DNA from: Octopus sinensis
Lineage: Eukaryota
DNA: 64,000 bases
Direction of reading: 5' to 3'
NCBI RefSeq assembly: GCF_006345805.1
Contig: NC_043019.1
Location: forward strand, 20,397,360-20,461,359
Shown: one piece after another, positions 40,893 to 54,165 of the stretch
Position numbering within the stretch: position 1 is the stretch's first letter
How the letters are laid out: each line of letters begins with the position of its first letter
Translations under genes and position numbers: made by a program
The notes under the pieces: model-generated
What the model was told of the DNA's origin: nothing
The model's database searches: none
The model's input: only the letters and a program-made list of their open reading frames with translations

Positions 40893-41180
40893 ATGTATGT
40901 ATATATAAATATACACACACAGATTGGTGTTTGTATATATTTCTTTACTGCCCACAAGGGGCTAAACATAGAGGGGACAAACAAGGACAGACAAAGGGAT
41001 TAAGTCGATTACATCAACCCCAGTGCAAAATAAATAAAGTACCAGTTTTGCACTGGAGTCGATGTAATCGACTTAATCCCTTTGTCTGCCCTTGTTTGTC
41101 CCCTCTATGTTTAGCCCCTTGTGGGCAGTAAAGAAATATATACAAACACCAATGTGTGTGAGTATATCTATATATACATA
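40893..41180. repeat. Long inverted repeat (about 138-bp arms, 15-nt spacer)
   Basis: 40893-41030 is the reverse complement of 41046-41180, with a few mismatches. Confidence 0.9.
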
Positions 41181-41255
41181 TTTCTGTCTATTTATACATG
41201 TGTGTGTATATGTGTGTATGTATGTATGTATGTATGTATATATATATATATATAT

Positions 41256-41291
<36 letters not shown>

Positions 41292-41425
41292 ATATATATA
41301 TATGTGTGTGTATATATATATATATGTGTGTCTGTATATATATATAGTTATATGTAATGTTTGTTGAACTTCAACATGGTTGTTCTGTACAAACTGTTAT
41401 TACTACCTTTATTAACCCCCATTTT

Positions 41426-41475
41426 TAACCATTGAGGATGGGCAAAAATAGCCTTGAAACCAGACAGTCTGGTTG
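41426..41475 (+). ncRNA. Type-I hammerhead-like motif
   Basis: TAACCA-TTGAGGA-T-GGGC.AAAAATA.GCCT-T-GAAAC-CAGACA-GTC-TGGTTG. Confidence 0.5.
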
Positions 41476-42085
41476 TCCTGTCATGTCGCTAGAAGATGGT
41501 AGGGGTTCACTCCCCTGCTTGTAATATATATTAGGTGCAGATTGCATTGATAACCAACTAGAGGAGGCTTCCCTTTCGGGGCTAAAAATGAAAGCAACGA
41601 TGGCTCGTATGGAACAGACATGTTGAAGTGGCAACAAACATTACTCCTTAGTATAGTTATTACTGTGTGTATAATGTATGTGTGTGTGTATATATATATA
41701 TATATTCTTTTATTCTGTTTCAGTGTCGCTTGACTACGGCCATGCTGAAGCATCACCTTTAGTTGAACAAATCAATCCCAGAACTTATTCTTTGCAAGCC
41801 TGGTACTTATTCTATCGGTCTCTTTTGCCGAACCGTTAAGTTACAGGGATGCAAACACACCAACATCGGTTGTCAAGCAAAGGGGTGGTGGGGTGGACAA
41901 ACAGAGGCACACACACACACACATATATATATACGAAGGGCTTCTTTCAGTTTCCGTCTACCAAAGCCAGTCACAAGGTTTTGGTTGGCCCGAGGCTATC
42001 GTAGAAGATATCAGTCACCCAAGGTGCCACACAGTGGGACTGAACCTGGAACCACGTGGTTGGAAAGCAAGCAATACTTGCATCT

Positions 42086-42221
<136 letters not shown>

Positions 42222-42230
42222 TAGAGAGAG

Positions 42231-42415
42231 AGAGTTTAACGCTAATTTAATACTTTACTGCTCTATACTTTAGTGTATTTATTATTCGTATATATGATAC
42301 ATTGACACACCCGCACTTATATGTGGGTGTGGGTGTGCATGTCAATGCATCATATATCCGAACAAGAACTGCACTCTAAAGTATAGAGCAGTAAAGTATT
42401 AAAGCGCTAAACTCT
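42231..42415. repeat. Palindromic (fold-back) MITE-like element
   Basis: TTTAATACTTTACTGCTCTATACTTTAG pairs with CTAAAGTATAGAGCAGTAAAGTATTAAA; imperfect pairing continues to the centre. Confidence 0.75.
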
Positions 42416-42457
42416 ATGACCAGACTTTAGTGCTTTAATAACAAGATAGATAGACAG

Positions 42458-42492
<35 letters not shown>

Positions 42493-42567
42493 TAGATAGA
42501 CAGATAGATAGATAGACAGATAGATATATAGATAGATAGACAGATAGATAGATAGATAGATAGATAT

Positions 42568-42608
<41 letters not shown>

Positions 42609-42633
42609 CAGATAGATAGACAGGTAGATAGAA

Positions 42634-42668
<35 letters not shown>

Positions 42669-42693
42669 TAGATGGACAGATAGACAAATAGAC

Positions 42694-42728
<35 letters not shown>

Positions 42729-42789
42729 CAGATAGATAGATAGACAGATAGATAGATAGATAGACAGATAGATAGACAGATAGATAGAC

Positions 42790-42832
<43 letters not shown>

Positions 42833-42859
42833 CAGATAGATAGACAGATAGATAGACAA

Positions 42860-42930
<71 letters not shown>

Positions 42931-43528
42931 TGTGTGTATGTATGTCTATGTAATAGCTTGTAGTCCATTTGTTCTCTCGTATCTATTGTTTTGTCCATGA
43001 ACATGTTTACATATATTTGGTAATAACCTTTTGCATATGTGTGTGCATGCCTATATATTGCTGTTTTTTTTTTAATATGGGCTGTTGTTGTTGTTCCCTC
43101 TAACAGCACATACTACTACTACTAAGACATATATTTATACAAATGTGTGCACGTTTATATTCGTGTGTCTGCGAATTATGAAAGGAGGCGTGTGGTGTGT
43201 GTGTGTGGAGCACGAAACAAACATTTTTTGTTAATGAACGTTTAACTAGCATAACCACGAAATAGTGTGTGCGCGCGTGCGTATGTATTAGAAGGAATTA
43301 TAAAACTTCCCAGTTTATATAAATCGACGAGAAAGACATTTAGCTCGTGTGTGTGTGTGTGTGTGTATATGTGTGTGTGTATGGTATGTTGTTTGTTTTT
43401 ATGTTCACTTATAATAAAAGCAAATTTACGCTAATCTGATTGGTTACTCTAAGTCCGACGATGGCTTCGGTGGCCGAAACTTCGAAGTCCCTGTCGATAG
43501 TATTCTTGTGTAAGAATAAATAAATAAT

Positions 43529-43594
<66 letters not shown>

Positions 43595-43603
43595 TGGGGA
43601 ATG

Positions 43604-43654
<51 letters not shown>

Positions 43655-43891
43655 ATATATATACTGCTCTACATCTTAGAGTGTGTTTCTTCTTTCGGAT
43701 TTGTTTTCTACAAATATATATACACACACATACATATATACATATATGTGTGTGTGTGTATATATATACACACACATATATATAGATATATATATATATA
43801 TATATATATGTATGTTTATGTATATGTGTATATGCATATATATATATGTATATATGCATGTTTTATTTATTAATTTTTTATATTATTAGAA

Positions 43892-43997
<106 letters not shown>

Positions 43998-44017
43998 ATA
44001 TTTATATATATATATAC

Positions 44018-44069
<52 letters not shown>

Positions 44070-44122
44070 ATATACCCCACACACACATACATATATATAT
44101 TATATATATAATATATAATATA

Positions 44123-44153
<31 letters not shown>

Positions 44154-44591
44154 CACACACATATATATATATGCACGTACACACACACAGAGTATGTGTC
44201 TAGTGTATGTTTGTTAATGTGGAGAGTGAGAGAGAGCGAGGTGGGGAAGAAGGAGTGAGGACGACAGAGAGCGAGAAGAGAAGAGGGAGAGAATGAAAGA
44301 CAGATAGACAAACAAACAAGACAGGCACAGACACTGGTGTATTGTTGCAGTTTTGAGAAGCAAGCAAGAAGCAGCCAATTGATTCGGGGTATTTTTCGAA
44401 TGTTTAGTATTTAGAAATTATGTCTGATCACAGAATAACCTTTAACTTACTGTGTCGAGTGCGAGAGAGAGAAAAGGCTGCGGGGTGGGAGAACTATTTG
44501 TAAATTAGGGTGTAGGTTTAGGTGGCTCCCATCATGAATAAATTACGGGATTTCAGTCTATGTGTTGTGCGATGAGTGACTTTTTACTTAC

Positions 44592-45669
44592 CCGTGGTAA
44601 TGGTTTTCTCGGTTGGCATACTGCTAAAAGATACGGTCTTCTTCCTCAGTGATTTGCGGCTGCTGTTTTTGATAATGCTGCTCCTTCGTGGCAAAGTGGG
44701 GAGACTTTCGGTCTCTTCTTCAGACGGTACCTCCTGGTTGCTGCAAGACGAACAGGTGGGTGGTGGCGGTTGTAGTAGATTGCTGTCGTCGGGAGCCGGG
44801 GCACTCCGCGAGGAGAAGTTGTTTGAAGTCTCGTCCATCTGTGCCGTACCCCCATTAACCGAGTAATGATGGTAACAGTCGGAAAGTTGAGGGTAGGACT
44901 CGTTTGATGTGACGCTGTCCTTTCGCGATGTGTAGGACGATGTCGAGACATCGCTGCCCACTTGGTCGCTGTTGGGGAATGGAGGATTGAGAGAGGAGGA
45001 TGCAGGGTCGCTGGTTTGAGGCGCTACGACGCCGTTTAAGAACACTTCATCGTGTTGGCCTTCTTCATTAGTTGAGGTTTGTTTAGTTACTGGAAGAGCA
45101 GTACCTGTGGCCGAGGTAGTTACGTTAGTTACAGGGGTGGGCACGTTGAAGTAGAATGGTCCTTGAGACGGACAGATTAAACCATGAGACATTGGAGAAG
45201 ATGGAAGCTGAGGGCTATAGGACTGATGATGGCAACAATGGTGTTGATTGTGATCGAGTTGCTGCTGCTGCTGCTGCTGTTGTTGTTGTTGTTGTTGGCA
45301 ATGATACTGGTGGTGCGAGGTTTCTGTGTCAGTGGCCGATGGTGAAGGCCTCGGGCTAGATACAGATTCAGCCTTATAATGTTGACCTTCTAAGTTCGTA
45401 TGAGACGAATGAATGCAGGTACAAGAGAGGTTGTTTGCTCTGGCTGAGGACAAGGCAGCATTGTCGCCGTCTGCTTGTGTCGTCGGATGAGGAGAAGAAG
45501 AAGAAGAAGAAGCAGACTTGGTGCTGCCAATGTCACAGACTCCAACACTGCAACAACTGTAAGACGCTGTGGAGGCGACTGTCACCGCCGAGTGGGCAGG
45601 AAGGAGAGAAGAAGGTGGTGTTGGTGGCGAATGTGATTTGAGAAGCGAGTGGTTGTTGGTATCCATCAT
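44592..45669 (-). CDS. PLCL: PLC-like (PRIP/PLCL) coding exon 1: low-complexity N-terminus ending ...LPRRSSIIKNSSRKSLRKKTVSFSSMPTEKTITT
   Basis: Lies in ORF 44584..45684. The first ATG is at 45669, with an in-frame TAA upstream. The C-terminal end matches the vertebrate PLCL1/2 motif RRSSIIK...RKKTVSFSSMP.EK. Donor G|GTAAGT at 44592/44591 (phase 1). A pyrimidine tract plus AG acceptor at 45729/45728 implies a separate upstream 5'UTR exon. Confidence 0.9.
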
Positions 45670-46550
45670 CACAGGAGGAAACACGAGTGGCGGAGATTAC
45701 GCTTGGACAGCTGCGATTTAAGGTCAACCTAAAAGAGAAGACAGAAGAAAACAATAACAAGGGGACAAGAAACAGGGGAAAACGCGCGCGTACCGAAACA
45801 TGGCACACACACACACACACAACAATTAGACAGATACATTAACATACACATAGTAAGACACAGATATACACTTAACATATAAACAAGCCACACACAGATA
45901 CACATATACACACTTATTAACATACACATGGTTACAGATACACACGCACTCACTTATTAACATATAAAGTGACGAATACACATTTATTTAAGCCTCACGC
46001 ACAGATTACACCCTAACGGCATTCTTTCGCAAGCACACTCACATAAATATCAAGTCACACACACACAGATACACATTAGCAGAAACAGTCACACACGGAT
46101 ACACACATAATCACACACCACAATACTATGTCCGTGAAGACATTTCCACGCTTTGAGACTTGTTTTAAAAAAAAATAATAAAGACTATATATGGATGTAT
46201 GTGTGTGTGTGTTTGTGTGTGTGTACATACATCAATATGCAGAAATTGAGATATGTATATACAAAAACAAGCACATGCAGACATGTACTACAAACACATA
46301 CACACTTATGTATATATAGGTCTATATATACACCCACTTACATCGAGGAAGCATTGTAAACAGTTGACTTTCGCTATTTCTTCCCCGAGAGCATTGGTTT
46401 TATTGTTTAAACATTCACTAAATCTTTGACTTAGTCAATAAACAAACACACATACATATATACCTACATATTTGTACAACACGTGTGTGTCGGGTGTGTT
46501 TGTGTGTGTAATGGTAATAATAATTATAGATAGATAGATAGACAGACAAT

Positions 46551-46582
<32 letters not shown>

Positions 46583-46650
46583 CAGACAATTAGATAGATA
46601 GATAGATAGATAGACAGACAATTAGACATATAGATAGATAGACAGACAAT

Positions 46651-46710
<60 letters not shown>

Positions 46711-47282
46711 CAGACGGATAGAAGTATAGCATTTAGTCAGATTTGTGGTTAAGAGTTTGGGATGGGAATGTGAAAGATGAAAATTGCAAGTAAACGACGG
46801 TCATTTTTTTGTTGTATTGATTGTCTGGAGAGACTGGAAAACTGTCTATGGAATCAAGAAGGTACAGGTAAAAGAAGAAAGAAGATATTAGTGGTTTTAC
46901 TTGCAGGAATTTCTATGGACTGATGATGGACTAACAAACAACCCACTACATTTCTAAGCATCGCCGTTATTATCATGTATCATCATTCTCATTATATAAG
47001 TAAAGCTATATACAAGAAACCAAGCATGGACATCTCAAATAGGAGCATCGAATATAATAACAATAATATATGAATATTATATTATATTATATAGAGAAAT
47101 ATATTTATACAAACCATGTGTTTTATGGTACGTCTGAAACGGTACAGCTGGGAGATCCGCGCTTTTGAAACGATAGAGATATCATCATAGTCATAATAAT
47201 AATAATTACAGTTACGAATTGTTGCAGTGGCTTCTATACCATCTCTCTCTCGCTCGCTCCCTTTTTAATTACCTAGATAGAC

Positions 47283-47316
<34 letters not shown>

Positions 47317-48006
47317 ATAACTCTTGATCTCTCCGTCTGACCCTCTTTCGGTCTATCACATTATCCGTGTCCGCGCACTCTCTTCCAACTCTTCTCCCTT
47401 ACTACTCTTTCTTTCTCTCTCTCTCTCTCTCCTAGTCTATGACACTATATCCACTCTCCCTCTCTCTCTCTCTCTCTCTATCGTATAGCCTTTCTATATA
47501 TCTATCTCCTCTGTTAATTTAGGTTTTTTTCTTTTATGTAACTTCTTTCCCCTCTCTCTCAATCACTTTAAACTCGCTCACATCTTTTTTTCTCTTTCAC
47601 TTCTTTTCATGCCTTTTATCTCCTTACACACACACATTCTCTCTTCCTTGCTTTTCTTCAATGTATTTACGCCTTCTCTCTCACTCACACTTCTCTCGCA
47701 ATCACTCACTCATACTCTCTACATCTCAACCTCACTCCTTCAATCACTCATTAATGCACACATTCTCTTTAGCCTCCGTTGTTCACACTCACTCACCAAT
47801 CATAACCTCTCCTTTTCTCAGTCACTCATACACACACTTTTTCCTCACTCTAGTTCTCTCTCAATCTCTCGGTAGTGGTAAAATCTCTCCGCGCTGAATC
47901 CAATGACACACACACACACACACACATATCACAAATATACAGTTATAAAACTATATACACACACATACAAATACACTCGCACACATAGCTATACTACATA
48001 TATATG

Positions 48007-48048
<42 letters not shown>

Positions 48049-48629
48049 ATATTATATATATATATACTTACACTGACATTCAGTCGATGAATACAGAATT
48101 GTTAATGTGAAAGAAAATAGTGTTAAAGGGAAAAAAAATCTTTTGACCGCCCAAATGCAGCTGCTGGCTTTCTCTGACATAAATATACACACACATAATA
48201 TTATATATATATATATATACATTCATGCATAAACATATACACAAACGTACATACACAACACAGATACATGCAAACATACATATACTCGCATACAGATACA
48301 CATACATTATACACATTCATATACACATTCGTATACACACACAGCTACACATGTACAAACACACACACAGTAACTCGATATCAATAATATTACACATGAA
48401 CATATACTATAGCACGCCCAAGTATCTATGTATAATATATATATATAATATATATATATACATATCACACACACACATACATGTGCATATGCATGTAAAC
48501 GGATTGGAGGGAAGGCGACACGTTCACACACATCCATCATGTTCATACACATATACACGTAGTAAATTACAACAGACAGTTACACAAACATACACGTACA
48601 CACAAATATAAGCAGTCACGCACCTAATA

Positions 48630-48664
<35 letters not shown>

Positions 48665-48862
48665 TACATAACAGTACAATAACGCACTGAATCAGTCAGT
48701 CACACACAGTAGCACGCACATAATTACATAGCTATACACACACACACATAACCACTTACAATAGCTCACATAATCACACAACCACAATCACACATAATCA
48801 TATCTAACCACACACACACACTCACACATCCACAAGGACGAAACAACCAGTTTTTTGCTTAC

Positions 48863-49030
48863 CCTAAGCCGAAAGCTATGTACTTTCGCTTCCACCCAAT
48901 TTCTCTACAATTTACATAATTTGCATCAATTCTAGTCTGTCTTTCATTCCGTCAAAGAGGCGGCAGCGGCAGCGACGGTGGTGGCGGTTCGGGTAAATAA
49001 CCGGATCGGATCGGATCATGGGCGAAGCCG
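48863..49030 (-). promoter_or_regulatory. Possible 5'UTR exon or promoter-proximal region of PLCL
   Basis: Donor-like AGG|GTAAGC at 48863/48862 beside a locally GC/CpG-rich non-repeat patch (48955-49030). No direct proof. Confidence 0.3.
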
Positions 49031-51262
49031 TATGTTGTGTAGCTCCAGATCCTTTAGTCGGGAGTTCAAATCCCGCCGGCTTCCGATTCTAGTTTTTATC
49101 TCTCTGAAGTCGATAAAATAAATGTTAATTCGAGCATTTTACTCTCTCTCTCTCTCTCTCTCTAATAAATATTTGGCCTTATGCCATTATAAGAGATTGG
49201 TTATATTTGCTTTATCTTTTACTTTACATCTTTTTTTGTTGCTTTTATTGTTGTTGCTGTCCATAATCATTATCATTAATTATTCTTATGATTGACTTTT
49301 ATTGTTGATGTTATTATTATTGTTACCTACATCACCACCATCATCATCACCACCACTACAACCAGCAACATGGTCATAGTCATCCGTACTACAACTATCA
49401 TTATTACCATCAACATCACCACAACCATCATCATCATCGTTACCATCAGTCATCACCATCAGCATCACCACCACTATTAACATCATTATTAGCAGCTACG
49501 GCATCGCTACCACCACCATCATCTTTATTATCATCATCACCACCACCATCATCGTCGTCGTCATTGTCATCGTCATCTAATTAGTCCAATTTACGGTGCC
49601 GAATTACCATTGAACCATTTCAAGCCAAAGCAAAGAAAGCCTGTATATGGTAGCTCGATCCGCTAGAAATAGCAGCCAAATTTCTTTCAACACAGTCCAA
49701 TTGACTTCACAAAACAAAAGAGAAAGAAAGAATGGAAAAAAGAAAGAAAGAACAAATTGGAAAAGCGTAGTTGCTTAATATACTGGAAATAAGAGAAGGT
49801 GGGGGGTTGTTTACAGTTGAATTGCCTTGTGATCAGAGCAGACCTGACAGTAAACAACAATAACAACAACATCAACAACCACCACATCTCATAACTCTAC
49901 ACTACACTACACATTCTTAACTACAACAGTACCTGAACCACAACATTGCTATACCATTACAGTACTATGTACCAGACTACATACCACACCACTACCATCG
50001 TACTATAAAACTGTTAACCCCCTCACTCTCTTCATACAATAACCACTTCATGTACAACCACACATACTAACATCACAAAAACCCTCCTCCCTTACGCAGG
50101 AATCCTCTACGTGATTGCCTGATCTGCTAAAGTAATCAAAATTCCCTCAAATCACACCTTGTCACCTTACAAAAAAAATACAGGTAAACTTGTTTGAGAA
50201 ACAGGTAAACTTCTTGGGTACTTGCGTAAACAATGCCCTCCACTACAATACAAAAGCCCTCATGTTGGACTCCTCGAATGTTTACAAAAATTCTCAAGCA
50301 TGGGGTTTTATTGCTTATAAAATATACTATAAAGTTGTAACCGAGTTAGTTTAATTAGTCCGCGTAATTAATCACTGTCTTATCGGCTAATAAAGTATTA
50401 TTTACACTACACGTATGGAATCCTGTATTGTCTACAAAAATTCTAAGGTATGCTCTGTTGTATATCTGTAAAATATACTATAAAACAGTAATTAACTCGG
50501 TTTAATTAGTCCTTAATTAATCTTAGCTGTCTGATGTTGGTCTTGGGTTCCTTGCACATAGGGAAAAAGCGGAACTGTCACAACCGGAATGTCTTCGTGT
50601 GTGTGTGTGTGTGTGTGTGTGTGTATTCGATTAGGGCTGACCGAGGGCTAAACACGTGATCAAAAAATCCGTCCTTACTTAAGAAGCCTCTACATGATAG
50701 TGGCTGGTAAAATCGATCAATAGAATAGATACCAGGCTTTAAAAAGATAAGTACTGGGGTCACTTGTTTGACCAAAACCCTTTGAGGCAGTGCCCCAGCA
50801 TGGCCACAGTCCAATGGCTGAAACAAGCAAAATTATCACTTTTCTATATAAAACCTTTCTGTGCTCATTGGATTTGCTGGACATAGCAACTAAATCTCCC
50901 TGAAATCACAGAAAGGACCCATTAGATAAAATGGTTTTGGTGGTGGTGGATCTCCCTTGGTTTTGATAATAAGGGTTCAGTTGCTTTCTTCAATCAGCCA
51001 AATGACCTGTTCCTGAAAAGAAAAAGCAAAACAAAAAAAAACGTGTAAGGGGTTGATGCTAGAAAAAGTAGTCGAATGCCATCGAATCCAATCTTTCTGT
51101 CTTAAAAAAGGGAAGGGCACTTTAGATAATATAGTCGTATGAGGCAGAAGAGTCATAGCTTAAACACTTTGACTGACATGGGAGTGGATTAAACAACGCT
51201 AACCCAAACAAATAATGGGGCCCTCAACAAAGTCATTCGATCTAGTAAAAATAACAGCAAAA

Positions 51263-51654
51263 TCTCTCTATATATATAAAGCTGAAGTTGTATGGCAGGT
51301 TTGGTAGCCTTCAACTAACACTATCTCCTCTGAGACCCTGCGGCGCAAGTTGACCAAAATTGAGAGTATGATAGAAGAAGGCTTGCTCTTCCTTCCATAG
51401 AAGAAAAAATTCAAATCGGACCCTGTTAACACCAAATATTATTTACATCAAAAAGGGGTGCTTTTTTTTCTATGAAAATCCCTATTTTTTTACGATTTTT
51501 TTACTGCTGTGTCACCATTTTTCGGTGTATTTCAACCAGAAAAATGTTCACTTTAAAGAGAATAACAAGCTACATAATGCAAAATTTTTACTTTTCAAAA
51601 TTCCAATTCTAAAGGGTCGAAACAAACCTGAAAAACGCCGGGCGATACTGCTAG
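51263..51654 (+). mobile_element. Non-autonomous Helitron, family H2
   Basis: TC start and ...GCCGGGCGATACTGCTAG|T end. A truncated near-identical copy lies at about 6013-6282 and a 3'-end scrap at 17791-17804. Confidence 0.75.
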
Positions 51655-53692
51655 TTTATCTATAAATTAGATCCTTCCATTATGGTGACAGTGTCTTTGA
51701 TCATGCCTGTATGAGCACATGTGAGGTAACCTAGGGGTAAATAATTAACAACAACAACAAACAATATTGACCCTTAATGATACCAGGAAATGTTAATCAA
51801 GGAATCTTGTTCCTATTATTGAACACTTTCAGAATGGATAGTCACTTGTTCCATTACACACACACACACACAAACATGTATGAATCAACAAGGGCACTTA
51901 TAAAACAGGTGATTGATCTTGTTAAAAACAACAGCTAAATCTTCTCTGAACCATATCTTATCGTCTTAAAACATAAGAGATACATTCTGTGATATAGTCC
52001 TAGATAACTTATATCTGAATAAAAGACAGGCAAGCTGGCAGAAACATCAGCACGCCGGGCGAAATGCGTAGCCGTATTTCGTCTGCCGTTACGTTCTGAG
52101 TTCAAATTCCGCCGAGGTCGACTTTGCCTTTCATCCTTTCGGGGTCGATAAATTAAGTACCATTTACGTACTGGGGTCGATGTAATCGACTTAATACCTT
52201 TGTCTGTCCTTGTTTGTCCCCTCTATGTTTAGCCCCTTATGGGTAGTAAAGAAATATATATCTGAATAAAAGACAGGACAGCCATCATTGGAATGCTTTT
52301 TGCTCATAGATCTGTTCAGCAAAAGCAGCAAAGGCAGACCTTGAGCTGAGGATCAACGACCATAGATTTGTGTTTATGGGACAAAAACTATGTTATTGTT
52401 ATAGCTGTTGTTGTTTTAAGGCCAAGATCCCTAAATCAAGTAACCTATTGATTAAAGACATTCCATATGTTACAACCCCTTCTTCCAGTCATTTGTAAAT
52501 AGTATATTTCAACTATTTCAAACGGCACACTGCCGCTTTAGTCATGGCTGTATTGCCTTTCATCATAGTCATTCAAGGCTGACCTGAGACTAAACAACAT
52601 CAACATGTATATGCACAATGTCGTACCTTTTTTTACTCATAAATTATCTTTCTAGGAGTACATTGGGAGCACAGTATGGCTGAATGGTTAAGAAGGTCTT
52701 TTCATCAGAGACATATTTTAGACGGGGGAAATTTACAGTTTACAAGGAATAAAATTCACAGTTTATAAGGAATAAAATAGAAGAATAAAGGAGTGAAATA
52801 GTAAAAGTAATTAGAAGAATATAGGCAGAAGAATAATGTGAGCCAAGTAGGTTTCTGTACTCCTCACTTCATCAGAGATTGGCCTGCATTGCATAATTTG
52901 GTCATCGTGCTTATTGAAACATGCGTAAGCTATGAAAAGGTATTATCTGACTCCTCTCCGTCCAATATAGAATCAATTGTTACCTCTTCCAATAAATGTA
53001 AACTTAATTACTATTACCTAAATATATATAATCATACCATAGGTCAAAGCCACAAAAACACTAATAACAATATTGAAGGCATACACCACACCCACAACCC
53101 TAGCACTACAACTAGATTTAACCCAAGATACATATATTTCCATACATATATATATATATATATATGCATCCGTTGCTAATGGAGTGCTAAGAGTACCATA
53201 TGAGTGAGATTGTTGCCAGGGCAACAAGCTGGCCTCTGTACCGATGGCACGTTAAACACACCATTCGAGCGTGATCATTACCGCGTCGCCTTACTAACAC
53301 TTGTGCTGGTGGCATGTGAAACATTTGAGCAAGGTTGTTCGCAGGGCTGCTGGACTGGCTCCTGTGCAGGTGGCACATAAAAAGGACCATTTGGGCACGG
53401 CCATTGCCAGTATCACCAAACTGGCCCTCGTGCCGGTGACATGTAAAAGCACCCATTACACTCTCGGAGTGGTTGGCATTAGGAAGGGCATCCAGCTGGA
53501 GAAACTCTGCCAGATCAGATTGGAGTCTTGTTCGCCAGACCTCAGTCAAATCGTCCAACCCATGCTAGCATGGAGAGCAGATGTTAAATGATGATGATGA
53601 TGATATATATATATATGAGCATGTATACACACACACACATATATATATGTATATACATATATATAGACATATATATATATATATATATATAT

Positions 53693-54165
53693 ACGTAAAA
53701 AGCACTATCCGACTCGTGGCCGTGGCACGTAAAATACTCCAATGCGACCGTACGACAGGCACCCATGCCAACCCCCTTTGCTTGTGAAGACATGTTGGGG
53801 CAAGCGAAATCGAAATCGAATTGAACCAGCCAGGATCCCTGGTCTGGTGGTACGTAAAAAGCACTATCCGACTCGTGGCCGATGCCAGCACCGCCTCGAC
53901 TGGCTTCCGTGCCGGTGGCATATAAAATACACCAATCTGACCGTGGCCGTTGCCAGCCCCGCCTGGCACCTGTGCAGGTGGCACGTAAAAGCACCCACTA
54001 CACTCACGGAGTGGTTGGCGTTAGGAAGGGCATCCAGCTGTAGAAACATTGCCAGATTAGACTGGAGCCTGGTGCAGCCTTCTGGCTTCCCAGAACCCCG
54101 GTCGAACCGTCCAACCCATGCTAGCATGGAGAACGGACGTTAAACGACGATGATGATGATGATGA
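53693..54165 (+). mobile_element. Retroposon family C (internal GGTGGCACGTAAAA repeats, (GAT)n tail)
   Basis: Ends GCATGGARARCGGACGTTAAACGATGATGAT. Further copies at about 998-1312(-), 8155-8612(-), 17925-18178(+), 21293-21680(-), 34796-35070(-), 36540-36845(+), 37078-37490(-), 39070-39453, 39680-40125(+), 53175-53600(+), 56622-56765(+) and 62208-62716(-). It is the source of the recurring ALPNANHS/GAFYVPP pseudo-ORFs. Confidence 0.85.

Noticed and set aside
44576-45641. Plus-strand ORFs antisense to PLCL exon 1
   Set aside because: Shadows of a GC-rich coding exon, with no independent homology or splice support.
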